Below are positions 43,170 to 51,212 of a DNA stretch of 64,000 nt, one piece after another (positions within the stretch are counted from its first letter, which is position 1; each line of letters opens with the position of its first letter). Position numbers and translations under genes: made by a program. Below the pieces are notes generated by a model that worked only from the letters and a program-made list of their open reading frames with translations, did not search any database and was not told where the DNA came from. This DNA is from a virus. The stretch lies in IMG/VR virus record IMGVR_UViG_3300001199_000007, positions 633-64,632 of that record; one strand, 5' to 3'.

Positions 43170-44185
43170 ACTACTACGAGCGCCACATCGGGGACTACAT
43201 CAAGAACACGGCGCACCTGTCGCTGTTGGAGCACGGCGTCTATGCCCGCCTCCTCGATGTCTACTACACCCGCGAGAAGGGGATCCCGGATGACCAGGCC
43301 GCCCGGCTCATTGGGGCACGAACGGAACCTGAAACGCAGGCGTTGCAGGTGGTGTTGCAGGAGTTCTTTCGACTCGACAACGGGGTATGGCGTCAGGACC
43401 GATGCGACGAGGAGATCGAGGCGTTCGTGGACCGCGAGCCGGAGCGGGAGGTCAAGCGAGCCAACGAAGACAACCGCCTGAAACGGCACCGGGCCGAGCG
43501 TGCTGGGCTCTTCAAACTCCTTACAGATCAAGGGCAACATGCGCCCTGGAACATCAAGATGGACGAGCTCCGGAGGCTCGTTGCCGCACTCCCGCAACGG
43601 CAACCTGCAACGGCTGTCCAGCCGGCACCTGCAACGGCACCTGCAACGCCTGCTACGGCTACCCATACCCACTCCCCAGTACCCAGTACCCACTCCCCAG
43701 AAGAAGGAAAGAAGAAAAGCACGTCCTCGCCTGACGGCGACGACCCCGGCGCCCCCTCGGGTACCGACATGTTCGGCCAGCAGGTCGACCAGGATCCCAA
43801 GGAGGTGCGCCTGGCTGAGGTCACCCGGGATGCCGTGGAGACCTACAACGAGGCGCCCTTCACGAAGCGAAAGGGCGGCGCCTGCCCGAACGTGGTGCTG
43901 GTCGAGGGTGACATGCCGCGGAAGAGCGTGCGCCGCTGCATCAAGACCGCGGCGGCGATCTGCCAGCGCGTGTTCGGCAGTCCCAGGATCACGCGCGAGT
44001 TCTGGATCCGGTACTGGGAGACCGTCGAAGCCGACGACTTCCACGCGGGCCGCGCGGTGCCCGGGAAGGATCACCGGAACTGGACCCCGGATTTCGAGTT
44101 CCTGACGCGCCCCGACGTCATGTCGGACCTCTTCGACCGCGCCATGAGCGAGGCCGAGGCCGGCGAGGAGCACTCCCATGGCTGA
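43166..44185 (+). CDS. Replication initiator (YdaU/DUF1376-like N-terminus, lambda O analogue)
   Basis: MNYYERHIGDY..T.HLSLLEHGVY..LLD.YY..E; internal iterons; followed by DnaB. Confidence 0.8.
   Translation: MNYYERHIGDYIKNTAHLSLLEHGVYARLLDVYYTREKGIPDDQAARLIGARTEPETQALQVVLQEFFRLDNGVWRQDRCDEEIEAFVDREPEREVKRANEDNRLKRHRAERAGLFKLLTDQGQHAPWNIKMDELRRLVAALPQRQPATAVQPAPATAPATPATATHTHSPVPSTHSPEEGKKKSTSSPDGDDPGAPSGTDMFGQQVDQDPKEVRLAEVTRDAVETYNEAPFTKRKGGACPNVVLVEGDMPRKSVRRCIKTAAAICQRVFGSPRITREFWIRYWETVEADDFHAGRAVPGKDHRNWTPDFEFLTRPDVMSDLFDRAMSEAEAGEEHSHG
43591..43720 (+). repeat. Iteron-like repeats / probable origin of replication
   Basis: CCTGCAACGG-like 10-mers at 43591, 43604, 43628, 43640 and 43649; TACCCACTCCCCAG x2; then an A-rich purine tract. 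Confidence 0.6.
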
Positions 44186-45617
44186 GGCTCGGCAGCCGCC
44201 GTATTCGGTCGAGGCCGAGCAGTGCGTGCTCGGCGGGATGCTGCTCGATAACCGCTGCATCGTGGATGTCCTCGAGCACGTCACGACGTCGGAGTTCTAC
44301 AGGGCCGACCACCGGGCCATCTTCGACGCCATCGTCGAGATGAGTTCCGCGAAACAGCCCTGCGACTTCGTCACGCTGGCCGAGCACCTCAGACGCGCCG
44401 GGCAACTCGAGGAGGTCGGAGGCCTGTCGTACATCGGGGCGCTGGCCAACGACACCCCCAGCGCCGCCAACGTCACCGCCTACGCCGATTTGGTCCACGA
44501 GCGTGCCGTGATGCGCGCGTTGATCGCCGCTGGTGGAGATCTCGCGGAACTTGGATACCGGCCCGATGGGCGCGGTGTCGTCGAGCTCGTCGCCGAAGCG
44601 CAGCGGTGCTTCCAGCAGGTCGAGGCGAGCGTGCGCGACACCCGCGATGCCGGCGGGATGCTCAAGGACGTCATCGGGCCGTGGTCGGAAGCCCTGTACG
44701 CGCGGCAGCGAATGATCGTTCCTCCGGGGATCCAGACGGGGTTCAAGGCGCTCGACGCCAAGATCCTCGGCTTGGAGCCAGGCGACTACATGGTTCTCGC
44801 GGCCCGGCCCTCGATGGGCAAGACGACGCTCGCCATGAACATCGCGGAGCACATCGCCGGCAGCGATGGGTTCGTCCAGGTGTTCTCGCTAGAGATGCGG
44901 AAGTGGCAGATCGTGAATCGCATGGTGGCGTCGCACGCAACGGTCCCTTTGAATCGGATCCGCGACGCGCGCCAACTCGACGACGCCGACATGGATGCGC
45001 TGACCTGGGCGATGGGGCGCGTTCGAGAACTGCCGATCTACATCGACGATCGCGTCGGGATGTCGATGCCTGACATCCGTGCCGCGGCGCTGCGCCGGCA
45101 CCGGGACCGAAAGACCAAGCTCGTCGTCATCGACTACCTGCAGCACGTCGCCGGCGATCGGAGTCGCAACGACTCCAGGACCAACGAGGTCGACGAAATC
45201 AGCCGCAGTGCGAAGCGTCTCGCGGGGGAGCTCGAGTGTCCCGTGATCGCGCTGTCGCAGTTGAACCGCGGCGTCGAGAATCGAGACGACAAGCGTCCCC
45301 GCATGTCGGACCTGCGTGAAGCTGGCGGCATCGAGCAGGACGCCGACGTCATCGCCTTCATCTACCGCGATGAGGTCTATCACCCGAACAGCCCGCACAA
45401 GGGTGTCGCCGAGATCATCATCGCGAAGCAGCGCAACGGCGAGCTCGGCAAGGTCGAGGTCGAGTTCCGCGGCGAATTCTGCAAGTTCAGCGACTACCAC
45501 GGGCCCGGCGCCCACGAGCGGGCCGCGACCGTCGATCCGGAGCGCAACAAGCCGAAGCGCACCGGCCTGGCGAAGTACGTCAACGGGACGCCCCCAGCAC
45601 CTGGGAAGCCGCAATGA
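44178..45617 (+). CDS. dnaB: Replicative DNA helicase
   Basis: PPYSVEAEQCVLG, AARPSMGKT, FSLEM, VIDYLQ, ALSQLNR, DLREAGGIEQDAD, IAKQRNG. Confidence 0.95.
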   Translation: MAEARQPPYSVEAEQCVLGGMLLDNRCIVDVLEHVTTSEFYRADHRAIFDAIVEMSSAKQPCDFVTLAEHLRRAGQLEEVGGLSYIGALANDTPSAANVTAYADLVHERAVMRALIAAGGDLAELGYRPDGRGVVELVAEAQRCFQQVEASVRDTRDAGGMLKDVIGPWSEALYARQRMIVPPGIQTGFKALDAKILGLEPGDYMVLAARPSMGKTTLAMNIAEHIAGSDGFVQVFSLEMRKWQIVNRMVASHATVPLNRIRDARQLDDADMDALTWAMGRVRELPIYIDDRVGMSMPDIRAAALRRHRDRKTKLVVIDYLQHVAGDRSRNDSRTNEVDEISRSAKRLAGELECPVIALSQLNRGVENRDDKRPRMSDLREAGGIEQDADVIAFIYRDEVYHPNSPHKGVAEIIIAKQRNGELGKVEVEFRGEFCKFSDYHGPGAHERAATVDPERNKPKRTGLAKYVNGTPPAPGKPQ

Positions 45618-46090
45618 GCATCGACACGCCCGTGCTCAACGTGGTGCTCGACTCGACCGATGCGGTCGACCTCGTCGTCGGCAAGTTGCGCCGGCACACC
45701 CCTGGAAGTGTCGAGGGACGTGTGCTGCAGGTCCTCGTTTTCTGGTTCGAGCCCGGGGTCAAGCTCTCCCAGAAGAACCTGGCGCGCGCCTGGAACGGGA
45801 TCCTGGCCAAGCACGTCGGCATGCAACCCGGCGAGATGTGGGACATGTTGTGCCGCGAGCTCATCGGCGAGGTCGAGGTCATCAACCCGATCACGCGAAA
45901 GCCGGTCGTCATAGCGCGCAGCTCGGACTCACTCCACGGCCGCGCCGCCTGGAAGCAGTTTCTCGACGACATCAAGCGCATCGCGCGCGACCACTACCAG
46001 ATCAACCTGCCGGATCCAAAGGACCCGGCCGCGTGGCTCGCATTCCGCGGGTCCAGGCGCATCGCCACTGACCAGGAGAAGCAGCCGTGA
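45614..46090 (+). CDS. NinB-like protein
   Basis: SQKNLARAW..ILAKHVG..RSSDSL..WKQFLDDIKRIA..INLPDP pattern. Confidence 0.5.
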   Translation: MSIDTPVLNVVLDSTDAVDLVVGKLRRHTPGSVEGRVLQVLVFWFEPGVKLSQKNLARAWNGILAKHVGMQPGEMWDMLCRELIGEVEVINPITRKPVVIARSSDSLHGRAAWKQFLDDIKRIARDHYQINLPDPKDPAAWLAFRGSRRIATDQEKQP

Positions 46091-46671
46091 AGGTCCAAGC
46101 CAGCCTCAATCTCAACCACGTCGTGATGCGCGTCGAGCAGGCCGGGAAGGAACCCGGCGCCGGCGCGCTGTCGCTCAAACTCGGCGGCACCGTGAAGCGC
46201 GAGCAGGTCGCGCCGATCTTCAGCACGGACACGTCCTACGCGAAGATTCTGGCGCCGTTGTGGAACCCTGACGGCGAGCTCGCGACGTCTGATCTCGACG
46301 AGATCCCGCTGACGACGCGCATCGTCGGAGGCCTCGCAGTGCTGGAGACCCCATTCGGCGAGAAGTGCAGCTTCGAGAAGGTCAAAGTCGACTCGGTCAC
46401 GGTGAAGCCGATGCCGGGCTTCCAGTGTGAGATCTCGATGCGCATGGCCGTCTACCCGGACAAGGATGCGCTTTGGTTCATCTTCGTCCAGCAGCACAAG
46501 CCGCTAACGGTGACGTGCACGCCCTCGCAGCTGAGCCTGGACATGGGCGAGAACGAGGACGACGACCGCGGCTCGGATCGGCCGGTGCCCCAGGACGGAG
46601 ATCTGCCGCTGGACGATCCCAATGCCAGTGAAGGCGAGGAGTCTCCCTTCGCCGGCATGCAGATCGAGTAG
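46087..46671 (+). CDS. Hypothetical protein (194 aa)
   Basis: GTG start with SD GGAG; coupled. Confidence 0.55.
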   Translation: MKVQASLNLNHVVMRVEQAGKEPGAGALSLKLGGTVKREQVAPIFSTDTSYAKILAPLWNPDGELATSDLDEIPLTTRIVGGLAVLETPFGEKCSFEKVKVDSVTVKPMPGFQCEISMRMAVYPDKDALWFIFVQQHKPLTVTCTPSQLSLDMGENEDDDRGSDRPVPQDGDLPLDDPNASEGEESPFAGMQIE

Positions 46672-46677
46672 CCCGCT

Positions 46678-47205
46678 GTGGAGCCTGTCGTCGTCGTGGT
46701 TCCAGGTCCTCCGCGCGGCAAGGGCGCCGCGCGCCACGCCGCGGTCATGGGACGCGACGGGAAGCCCGTGATGGCTGGCGGCCGGCCGCTGATATCGAAG
46801 CACACCGACCGCAAGACCGGCGAATACATGGGGAAGATCACGGCACTGGCGCGCGTGGCCATGGCAGGCCGCGATCCAATCGCCGGGCCCGTGGACGTCG
46901 CCTTCGTGGTGCGCATGGAGATCCCGGCATCGTGGCCGGACTGGAAACGAGCCGCCGCTGCAGCTGGGCAGATCCGCCCGGACACCAAGCCCGACGAGGA
47001 CAACATCAAGAAGGCGGTCTATGACGCCTTCAAGGCGGTGGTGTGGGCCGACGACGTCCAGGTCTGCGACGGCACGTTCCGGAAGCGGTACCACGAACAG
47101 CCCGCGGTGCTGGTGCGCGTGACGCCCTTGGCGGTGGCGTCGTCGCGGATCACGCGCAAGGACCAGCTGCAGGCCGCGCTGCTTTCCGCGGGTGAAGCGC
47201 CATGA
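46678..47205 (+). CDS. rusA: RusA-like Holliday junction resolvase
   Basis: PRGKG..R, KPDEDNIKKAVYDAF..VWADDVQV. Confidence 0.88.
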   Translation: MEPVVVVVPGPPRGKGAARHAAVMGRDGKPVMAGGRPLISKHTDRKTGEYMGKITALARVAMAGRDPIAGPVDVAFVVRMEIPASWPDWKRAAAAAGQIRPDTKPDEDNIKKAVYDAFKAVVWADDVQVCDGTFRKRYHEQPAVLVRVTPLAVASSRITRKDQLQAALLSAGEAP

Positions 47206-47429
47206 CGGCGCTGCTGGTTGGCCTGCTGCTAGCGTCGGTCGTTGGCAACGTGTGGATGTGGTTCATCGCGCGTGAGGCCGATGCAGCCGTGATTGAGGCC
47301 GGGTTGGTGCTTGCAGAGGCCCAGGACGCGCTGGTAAAGGTCGACGGGCAACTCAAGAAGTTGCGGGCCGAGGTCCGTGCGATTCGGCGCAACGAGAAGT
47401 CGGACACCGAACGTCCGAGGCTCCAATGA
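47202..47429 (+). CDS. Small signal-anchored coiled-coil protein
   Basis: N-terminal TM segment; ATGA coupling. Confidence 0.5.
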   Translation: MTALLVGLLLASVVGNVWMWFIAREADAAVIEAGLVLAEAQDALVKVDGQLKKLRAEVRAIRRNEKSDTERPRLQ

Positions 47430-47689
47430 GAGCAGCGAGCTACCGCAGTGATGGGCCCTTCGCGGGACGCGTCGTCCATCACCGCAACATCGATGGTCCG
47501 CAGCTGTGGACGATTATCGTGACGATCGAGCGCGCCAAGACGATCGACCAGCACACGATCATGCCCAAGGACCGCGTCTATCTCTCCGAGATCCAGGCGC
47601 TCGTGCAGCGAACCATCGATGAGCTCTGTCCGGTGGGTTCGACGGTCGATCGCGCCAGGCTTGATTTATTCGTGAGGAAGGCGGCGTGA
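47426..47689 (+). CDS. Hypothetical protein (87 aa)
   Basis: Coupled ORF. Confidence 0.5.
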   Translation: MRAASYRSDGPFAGRVVHHRNIDGPQLWTIIVTIERAKTIDQHTIMPKDRVYLSEIQALVQRTIDELCPVGSTVDRARLDLFVRKAA

Positions 47690-47928
47690 AGCCGATCGGC
47701 GCCATGGTCACGATCCGAATGCGCGACTGGGACGAAGACCCGTCGCCAGGCGATTACCTGCGCACCACCACGGGCCGGCTCTATCTCGTCGACGCCGTCG
47801 TCGGCCCAACCATCGCGGCCACCGTCATGGCCAAGGACACCCCGATTGAGCAGGGCGCCAGGGTGTTCGATTTCTACTGGGTCAGTCGCGACAAGAAGCA
47901 GCGCCGCGGCCGAGCCCCTATCTGCTGA
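47686..47928 (+). CDS. Hypothetical protein (80 aa)
   Basis: GTGA coupling; SH3-like PGDYL..TGRLYLV. Confidence 0.5.
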   Translation: MKPIGAMVTIRMRDWDEDPSPGDYLRTTTGRLYLVDAVVGPTIAATVMAKDTPIEQGARVFDFYWVSRDKKQRRGRAPIC

Positions 47929-47937
47929 GGAATCCAC

Positions 47938-48177
47938 ATGAGCGCGAGTAAGTACCCCATCAACGGCCAGCAGTACCCCGAAGGGAAGCTCAACGAGCAC
48001 GACGAGGGGCAGTTGCAGGTCGCCGTTGGCGTCGAGAACGGGAGGGTAGTGATCGGCTTCGGCAAGCGCGTCGAGTGGGTTGGATTCAGTCCTGACCAGG
48101 CCGCGCATATCGCAGCACTGCTGCTCAAGCACGCCAAAACCATCGGGCTCACCAAGCCTTTCACCCTGGAACTGTAG
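47938..48177 (+). CDS. Hypothetical protein (79 aa)
   Basis: SD GAGG; DEGQLQVAV..VVI.FGK.VEWVGF.PDQA pattern. Confidence 0.6.
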   Translation: MSASKYPINGQQYPEGKLNEHDEGQLQVAVGVENGRVVIGFGKRVEWVGFSPDQAAHIAALLLKHAKTIGLTKPFTLEL

Positions 48178-48186
48178 GAGGTTCTG

Positions 48187-48630
48187 ATGTCCGAATTACC
48201 ACGCTGGAAGTCACACAAGGTTGTTCGCGCCGCGAAGGTGATGCAGAGCTCGAGCAACGACGCGCGGGAGACGTGGTCCGTGAAGCTCAGCACCGGCGAC
48301 ATCCGCGTGCTCGACGGCAAACGCGTACCCGATGGCGAGATCCCGACCGGGGGTTACTTCGTCGAGTACGAAGACGGCTACGCGAGCTGGTCGCCGTGCG
48401 CGCAGTTCGAGGCCGGCTACACGCTGCACGATCCGAACGACTGGCGCGGGCGCCTCGTCGCGGAGAAGGACGAGCTCGAGGGCCGCCTGGCCGGCCTTCG
48501 CACGTTCATCCCAACCGCGTCGTTCGAGGGTCTCGGTATCGGACACAAGGGTCTCCTGCGCCGGCAGGAAGCGCTGATGTCCGAACTGTCCGACGTGCTG
48601 GGGCAGCGCCTCGCGCTGAGCGACTCATGA
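48187..48630 (+). CDS. Two-domain phage protein (GY.V.YEDGY.SWSP domain plus crAss001_48-like helical domain)
   Basis: GYFVEYEDGYASWSP..FEAGY, then RL..EKDEL..RL..L..FI..LL..Q...M....VL..R. Confidence 0.65.
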   Translation: MSELPRWKSHKVVRAAKVMQSSSNDARETWSVKLSTGDIRVLDGKRVPDGEIPTGGYFVEYEDGYASWSPCAQFEAGYTLHDPNDWRGRLVAEKDELEGRLAGLRTFIPTASFEGLGIGHKGLLRRQEALMSELSDVLGQRLALSDS

Positions 48631-49418
48631 ACCCTGGCGCGATGGATCCAGGTCCGGCACCGCGGGACGAGGTGGTGAACGTCCTGGAGTGCGCGGTGTG
48701 CGGTGCCCAGTGGATGGTGGATGGGCGCGTCCTACGCGACCACAGACCGGACTGCCCACATCGTCCGCGTCCAGCGGAGACGTTCCAGCAGCGTGCCCTG
48801 CGCCGTGGCCGCGAGACCGAGGAGCGCGAAAAGTCGACGTCCGGGATGCAGTGGACCCAGGAACAGCGAGACGAGATGCGCGCGGTTGGCGATGGGCCCA
48901 AACTGGTCAATGTCATCGGCAAGTTGCGTGGAGCATTCGATCAAGCCGAGGAGACGCCGCCGGCGCCGCCCTCCTTCTTCGCGCCTGTGCGCTTCGGGAA
49001 GACCGCAGCGATGCGCAAGCTGCTCGAGGAGCGCACCGAGAAGTGCGGCGAGCGCTGGTTCATCAGCGATGGTCGCGGCGGCTTCGTGAGTATCGACGGC
49101 ACCGACGTGGTGAAGCCCCCGGAGTTCAAGGTGCTCGCGATCGACGAGGCATCGCCGTTCCGTCCGGCGTCCAGTCACGTCAGCGGGCCTGAACCCGGCG
49201 ACGATCAGACGCACGATGGCCGGCACAACCTCGGGCGTGGCACCAGCGATGACATCGACCTCGACTTGGCAGAGGTCCGGGATATGGCGTTGAAGCGCGC
49301 CATCGAGTCGCTGGGCGGGTCAGCCACCTGGGCCAACGGGCGTGACGAGATCCTCAAGCGCGCCAAGGCGTTCGAGGACTACCTTCTGGGGCCGCGCCAT
49401 GCGACTACTGGACCTTGA
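48627..49418 (+). CDS. Hypothetical protein (263 aa)
   Basis: ATGA coupling; CAVC..H..C Zn motif near the N-terminus. Confidence 0.5.
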   Translation: MNPGAMDPGPAPRDEVVNVLECAVCGAQWMVDGRVLRDHRPDCPHRPRPAETFQQRALRRGRETEEREKSTSGMQWTQEQRDEMRAVGDGPKLVNVIGKLRGAFDQAEETPPAPPSFFAPVRFGKTAAMRKLLEERTEKCGERWFISDGRGGFVSIDGTDVVKPPEFKVLAIDEASPFRPASSHVSGPEPGDDQTHDGRHNLGRGTSDDIDLDLAEVRDMALKRAIESLGGSATWANGRDEILKRAKAFEDYLLGPRHATTGP

Positions 49419-49734
49419 TCCCGAGTTCATGCGCCTGGTCGAGTAGAGGCCTGGCGTGCGCAAGCGCCTCGGGGATGAGATCGAGGACGCTCAGGGGGTG
49501 ATGTTTCTGTGCCCCAAGTGCTACCGCGCCAAGGGCGGACCCGTTGGCACCCACTCCGTCCTGTGCTGGTTCCGCAATCGCGATGTCCCCGACGCGGAAC
49601 TACCAGGTCCTGCGCGCTGGACAGTGAGCGGAACCGGTCTTGCGGATCTCACGCTGGCACCCTCGGTGCACCTGTTGCCGCCTTCGTGCGGCTGGCACGG
49701 GTGGATCCAGGACGGTGAGGTGCGCGACGCCTGA
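49399..49734 (+). pseudogene. Zn-binding protein gene interrupted by an in-frame TAG at 49444-49446
   Basis: MRLLDLDPEFMRLVE*RPGVRKR..QGVMFLCPKC..GTHSVLCWF..LTLAPSV..CGWHGWI is one continuous frame across the stop. Confidence 0.55.
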
Positions 49735-50007
49735 TAGCCGAGCGAGGCGGCTCCCCTTCGGGGGATAACCCTCGACGCGCCCAGCCGGCGGTGGTGCGTT
49801 TGGGAACAACACCGGCAGTTCGTGATGGCCCTCCCCATCGTGGGCATCAGATCCAAGCCAGACACGAACCCCGACGGCTGCAGGCCTGATCGTCCTCGGC
49901 CGTCGGGTCTCAAAACCAGCAGAGCAGCAGAGAAGCACGACAAGGCGTAGGATCGTGCCGCGGGCCCAATCCCGGGTCCAGGCCGTGAACTTTCAGGAGA
50001 TCCCGTC

Positions 50008-50067
50008 ATGCCTGTAGCCATGAAGCGACGCACCCCCAAAGCCGCCAAGAAGCTGAGACGGAAGTAG
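50008..50067 (+). CDS. 19-aa highly basic micropeptide MPVAMKRRTPKAAKKLRRK
   Basis: SD AGGAG ~8 nt upstream, followed by a terminator. Confidence 0.4.
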   Translation: MPVAMKRRTPKAAKKLRRK

Positions 50068-50089
50068 GCCGGTTCGTCCCGATTGCTCG

Positions 50090-50126
50090 AGGCCCCCGCG
50101 CTGATGAAGCCCGGGGGCTTTTTCTT
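50090..50126 (+). terminator. Intrinsic terminator
   Basis: GCCCCCG/CGGGGGC stem followed by TTTTTCTT. Confidence 0.6.
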
Positions 50127-50275
50127 GCCCGTCGTCTTACCAGTGAAACAGCCCCAGTTATCCCCAACGAAGCGACGATATCCACACGTCGGCCCATCTA
50201 CATGGCGACGTCAATCCTTCTACGGAAAAACACGATAGCGACAGATCGCCGGTCGATGCCAGCAGAACGGCGCCG

Positions 50276-50305
50276 TTGACGTAGCAGCAGAACAGCAGAA
50301 ATACT
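50276..50305 (+). promoter_or_regulatory. Candidate late/packaging-operon promoter with a CAGCAGAA tandem in the spacer
   Basis: -35 TTGACG (50276-50281), CAGCAGAA x2 (50285-50300), imperfect -10 AATACT (50300-50305). Confidence 0.45.
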
Positions 50306-50543
50306 TACCTCACGCGCTGGTCTCGGGTAAGTCCTAGCCCCCTTCCCAAGGCCAGCGCGACAGGAAGCCCCTTCCAGGACCAATCGCTACACAACCTCCC
50401 GCAACGGGAGGAGCGAGGAGGGGGAGGGGGGTGGTGTGAGGAGGGTGTCGGGGTTGAGGAGGAGGTGAAGAGAAAGCCGAGCCTCAACAGAGATCGGTTG
50501 CTACTCCAACCAGGACCACACTCCGCTACCGCACCACCGCGCA

Positions 50544-51212
50544 ATGGAACAACCCTCCACGCAGCAGTCATCGGCCCGCACCAAGGCCACGCGATCGAAA
50601 CGATCGGGCAAGAAGGCGAAGCCGTCGACGACGCCGAAGGGCCTCAACGCGCAGGAACAGCGCTTCGTCGACGAATACCTGGTCGACCTCGATGCGCACC
50701 GCGCCGCCATCGCCGCGGGCTACTCCAAGACCGTCGCGAAGACCAAGGCTTACTGCTGGGTAAGCCGCGGCAAGGAAAAGCCGCACGTCTACGCTGCGGT
50801 GCTCGCCGACATGGAGAAGCGGTCACGGCGAACGGCGATCACGCAGGACCGCGTCCTGGAGGAACTGGGCCGGCTCGCGTTCTCGGACATCCGCAAGCTC
50901 TACCGTGAGGACGGCACCGTGAAGTTGCCGCATGAGCTCGACGACGACACCGCAGCTGCGGTGCAGTCCATGGAGACGTTGGAGGAGTTCGAGCACACGC
51001 ACGGCGGTCGCGAGGAACAGGGTCACGGCGGCGCACTGAAGCGCGGCGGGCGCACGCTGATCGGCTACGCGCGCAAGTTCAAACTGCACAGCAAGGAGGC
51101 CAGCCTGCGCCTGGCCATGCAGCACCTCGGCATGCTCAAGGACAAGCTCGAGGTCGATCTGTCGGGCCGAATCGCCTACGACGTCAACTTCGGGACACCT
51201 GACGGCAAATGA
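50544..51212 (+). CDS. terS: Terminase small subunit
   Basis: QEQRFVDEYLVDLDAHRAAIAAGYS..VLEELGRLAFSD..KLHSKEASL..HLGM. Confidence 0.9.
   Translation: MEQPSTQQSSARTKATRSKRSGKKAKPSTTPKGLNAQEQRFVDEYLVDLDAHRAAIAAGYSKTVAKTKAYCWVSRGKEKPHVYAAVLADMEKRSRRTAITQDRVLEELGRLAFSDIRKLYREDGTVKLPHELDDDTAAAVQSMETLEEFEHTHGGREEQGHGGALKRGGRTLIGYARKFKLHSKEASLRLAMQHLGMLKDKLEVDLSGRIAYDVNFGTPDGK

Noticed and set aside
49399-49446. Genome-wide amber recoding
   Set aside because: TAG terminates several well-defined genes (giant protein, Cro-like gene, 46671, 48177) directly before the next gene.
49940-49990. tRNA-like 3' end (..CCCAATCCCGGGTCCA)
   Set aside because: No TTC T-loop or cloverleaf could be built.
50158-50186. 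Two DnaA-box-like 9-mers (TTATCCCCA, ATATCCACA)
   Set aside because: Each deviates at a conserved position and there is no AT-rich unwinding element. The iteron cluster in the initiator gene is a better origin.
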